A stretch of 53,758 nt of DNA from Gammaproteobacteria bacterium (GTDB lineage: Bacteria > Pseudomonadota > Gammaproteobacteria > GCF-002020875): positions 1 through 53,758 of the forward strand of contig JABGQL010000076.1 in assembly GCA_018648825.1 (NCBI GenBank), given 5' to 3'. This document shows, piece after piece, positions 52,644 through 53,758 of the stretch. Under the pieces are notes generated by a model. It made no database searches. It saw only the letters and a program-made list of their open reading frames with translations, and was not told the DNA's origin. A program made the position numbers and the translations under genes. Every line of letters starts with the position of its first letter. The first letter of the stretch is position 1.

Positions 52644-53624
52644 TTATAAATCAAGAGGGCTCACTACGCCGCGACCGCCACGATTTAGAACATGGGTATA
52701 GATCATCGTAGTATTCAGATCTTTATGCCCCAGTAGCTCCTGTACGGTGCGAATATCATAGCCAGCCTGCAGTAGATGAGTTGCGAAAGAGTGGCGCAGC
52801 ACGTGGGGTGTGCATGGTTTTACAATGTTAGCCTGCTTAGCAGCAGAGCGCACGGCACGTTGCACGCTGGATTCGTTAATATGGTGCCGTCTCAGCTTAT
52901 CTGAACGTGGATCGCGAGACAGCAGAGGGGATGGAAAGAGGTATTGCCAACCCCAAGCTTTATCAGTATTGGGGTATTTGTTCGCAAGTGCGTTGGGTAG
53001 GTAAACATGACCGAAACCCTTTTCAAGATCGCGGTTATGAAGTGCTTGAGCTTTTTCCATCTGGCTTTTGATGGGTAGAATCAAATTTTCAGGTAAAACT
53101 GTGATACGGTCTTTATTACCTTTGCCTTCCCGAACAATAATCTCACGACGATCAAACTCAATATCCTTGACGCGTAACCGAAGCCCTTCCAGTAGGCGCA
53201 TTCCCGTTCCATACAGCAGGCTGGTAATCAACCACATAGCCCCTGATAGTTCTCCGAGTAGCTGACGTGCCTCATGTTGTGTTAATACGATTGGCAGTCG
53301 TTTTGCAGTTTTTGCCATCACGATCTCTTCCAGCCATGGAAGATCAATGTCTAGAACCTCTCGATAGAGAAAAAGGAGCGCAGCCTTTGCTTGATTTTGA
53401 GTGGATGCAGAGACCTTACGTTCAATTGCTAGCCATGTCAGAAATTGCTCTACTTCACGTGCCCCCATTTCACTTGGATGGCGTTTGTTGTGGAAAAGAA
53501 TAAAGCGACGAGCCCAGTCAACATAGGCGCTTTCAGTGCGTATGCTGTAATGCTTTAGCCGGATACGATTACGTACTAGGTCGAGAAGTTTTGGTTTTTT
53601 TGAAAGGGAATCTTGATAAGTCAT
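52644..53624 (-). CDS. intI: Integron integrase IntI (tyrosine recombinase)
   Basis: R...HxxR...Y catalytic residues ([33 protein letters not shown]). It also has the IntI-specific insertion ([40 protein letters not shown]). Confidence 0.92.
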   Translation of the reverse strand: MTYQDSLSKKPKLLDLVRNRIRLKHYSIRTESAYVDWARRFILFHNKRHPSEMGAREVEQFLTWLAIERKVSASTQNQAKAALLFLYREVLDIDLPWLEEIVMAKTAKRLPIVLTQHEARQLLGELSGAMWLITSLLYGTGMRLLEGLRLRVKDIEFDRREIIVREGKGNKDRITVLPENLILPIKSQMEKAQALHNRDLEKGFGHVYLPNALANKYPNTDKAWGWQYLFPSPLLSRDPRSDKLRRHHINESSVQRAVRSAAKQANIVKPCTPHVLRHSFATHLLQAGYDIRTVQELLGHKDLNTTMIYTHVLNRGGRGVVSPLDL

Positions 53625-53650
53625 ACACAAAAATTTAGGCCGCCTAAGTA

Positions 53651-53670
53651 ATGTTACATTTTTGTAACAT
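53651..53670. promoter_or_regulatory. Perfect palindrome in the intI upstream / attI-side region
   Basis: atgttaca-tttt-tgtaacat, 27 nt upstream of the intI ATG. Confidence 0.5.
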
Positions 53671-53703
53671 ACTGTATTTTAATGATTTATGTATCATATC
53701 ATC

Positions 53704-53732
53704 TTGACTTGGTAGGAGGCAAGAGGTAGTCT
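53704..53732 (+). promoter_or_regulatory. Candidate outward (cassette-directed) promoter
   Basis: TTGACT, 17-nt spacer, TAGTCT. The -10 element is weak. Confidence 0.25.
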
Positions 53733-53750
53733 GAGTGTTGTATAAATAGC

Positions 53751-53757
53751 GTTAGGT
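53751..53757 (+). other. Candidate attI core site (GTTRRRY), at the window edge
   Basis: GTTAGGT lies about 125 nt from the intI start, on the side where attI is expected. Confidence 0.3.
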
Positions 53758-53758
53758 T

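Noticed and set aside
53671-53700. Possible LexA box (tactgtattttaatgat) upstream of intI
   Set aside because: Only the CTGT half-site is present. The position where ACAG/CAG should occur after 8 nt reads GATT.

Overview
This window is mostly a housekeeping chromosomal segment. Gene order suggests a gammaproteobacterium: dusB-fis-purH-purD, bamD/rluD/pgeF, cysQ-nudE/yrfG and comF/bioBFHC. From left to right it contains: a periplasmic nitrate reductase cluster napA(5' partial)-B-C-G-H; a small Cys-rich ORF and a poly-HAMP chemoreceptor; cysQ-nudE/yrfG; an aapJQMP-type amino-acid ABC transporter; uvrD; comF; bioB-bioF-bioH-bioC; a 2-Cys peroxiredoxin; a lone type IV pilin; ispB; purD-purH-fis-dusB; a PilZ protein and a P2-type cation ATPase; nadE; bamD/rluD/pgeF; an ACT-domain protein and def; a frameshifted Cache-PAS-GGDEF cyclase; nadC translationally coupled to a GspE/PilB-family ATPase and a PilX-like protein; a cobalamin nucleotide-loop cluster (cobU-cobT-cobS, cobQ, cbiB-cobD); a ROK kinase; a thioredoxin-like protein; and an integron integrase at the extreme right edge. 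I saw no rRNA, tRNA, CRISPR array, transposase or phage genes. I cannot point to a clear multi-gene novel system. The best leads are: (1) the intI/attI edge, whose cassette array must lie beyond the window; (2) the orphan PilX-like + atypical ATPase + nadC operon next to a GGDEF gene broken at a G8 tract; (3) a 168-bp long-hairpin element inside the bio operon; (4) an AT-rich islet between ispB and purD, with a secreted ankyrin-repeat protein and a promoter-hairpin-terminator unit that looks like a small RNA; (5) several orphan proteins in AT-rich gaps. All functional calls come from reading motifs in the translated ORFs by eye; no database search was run.
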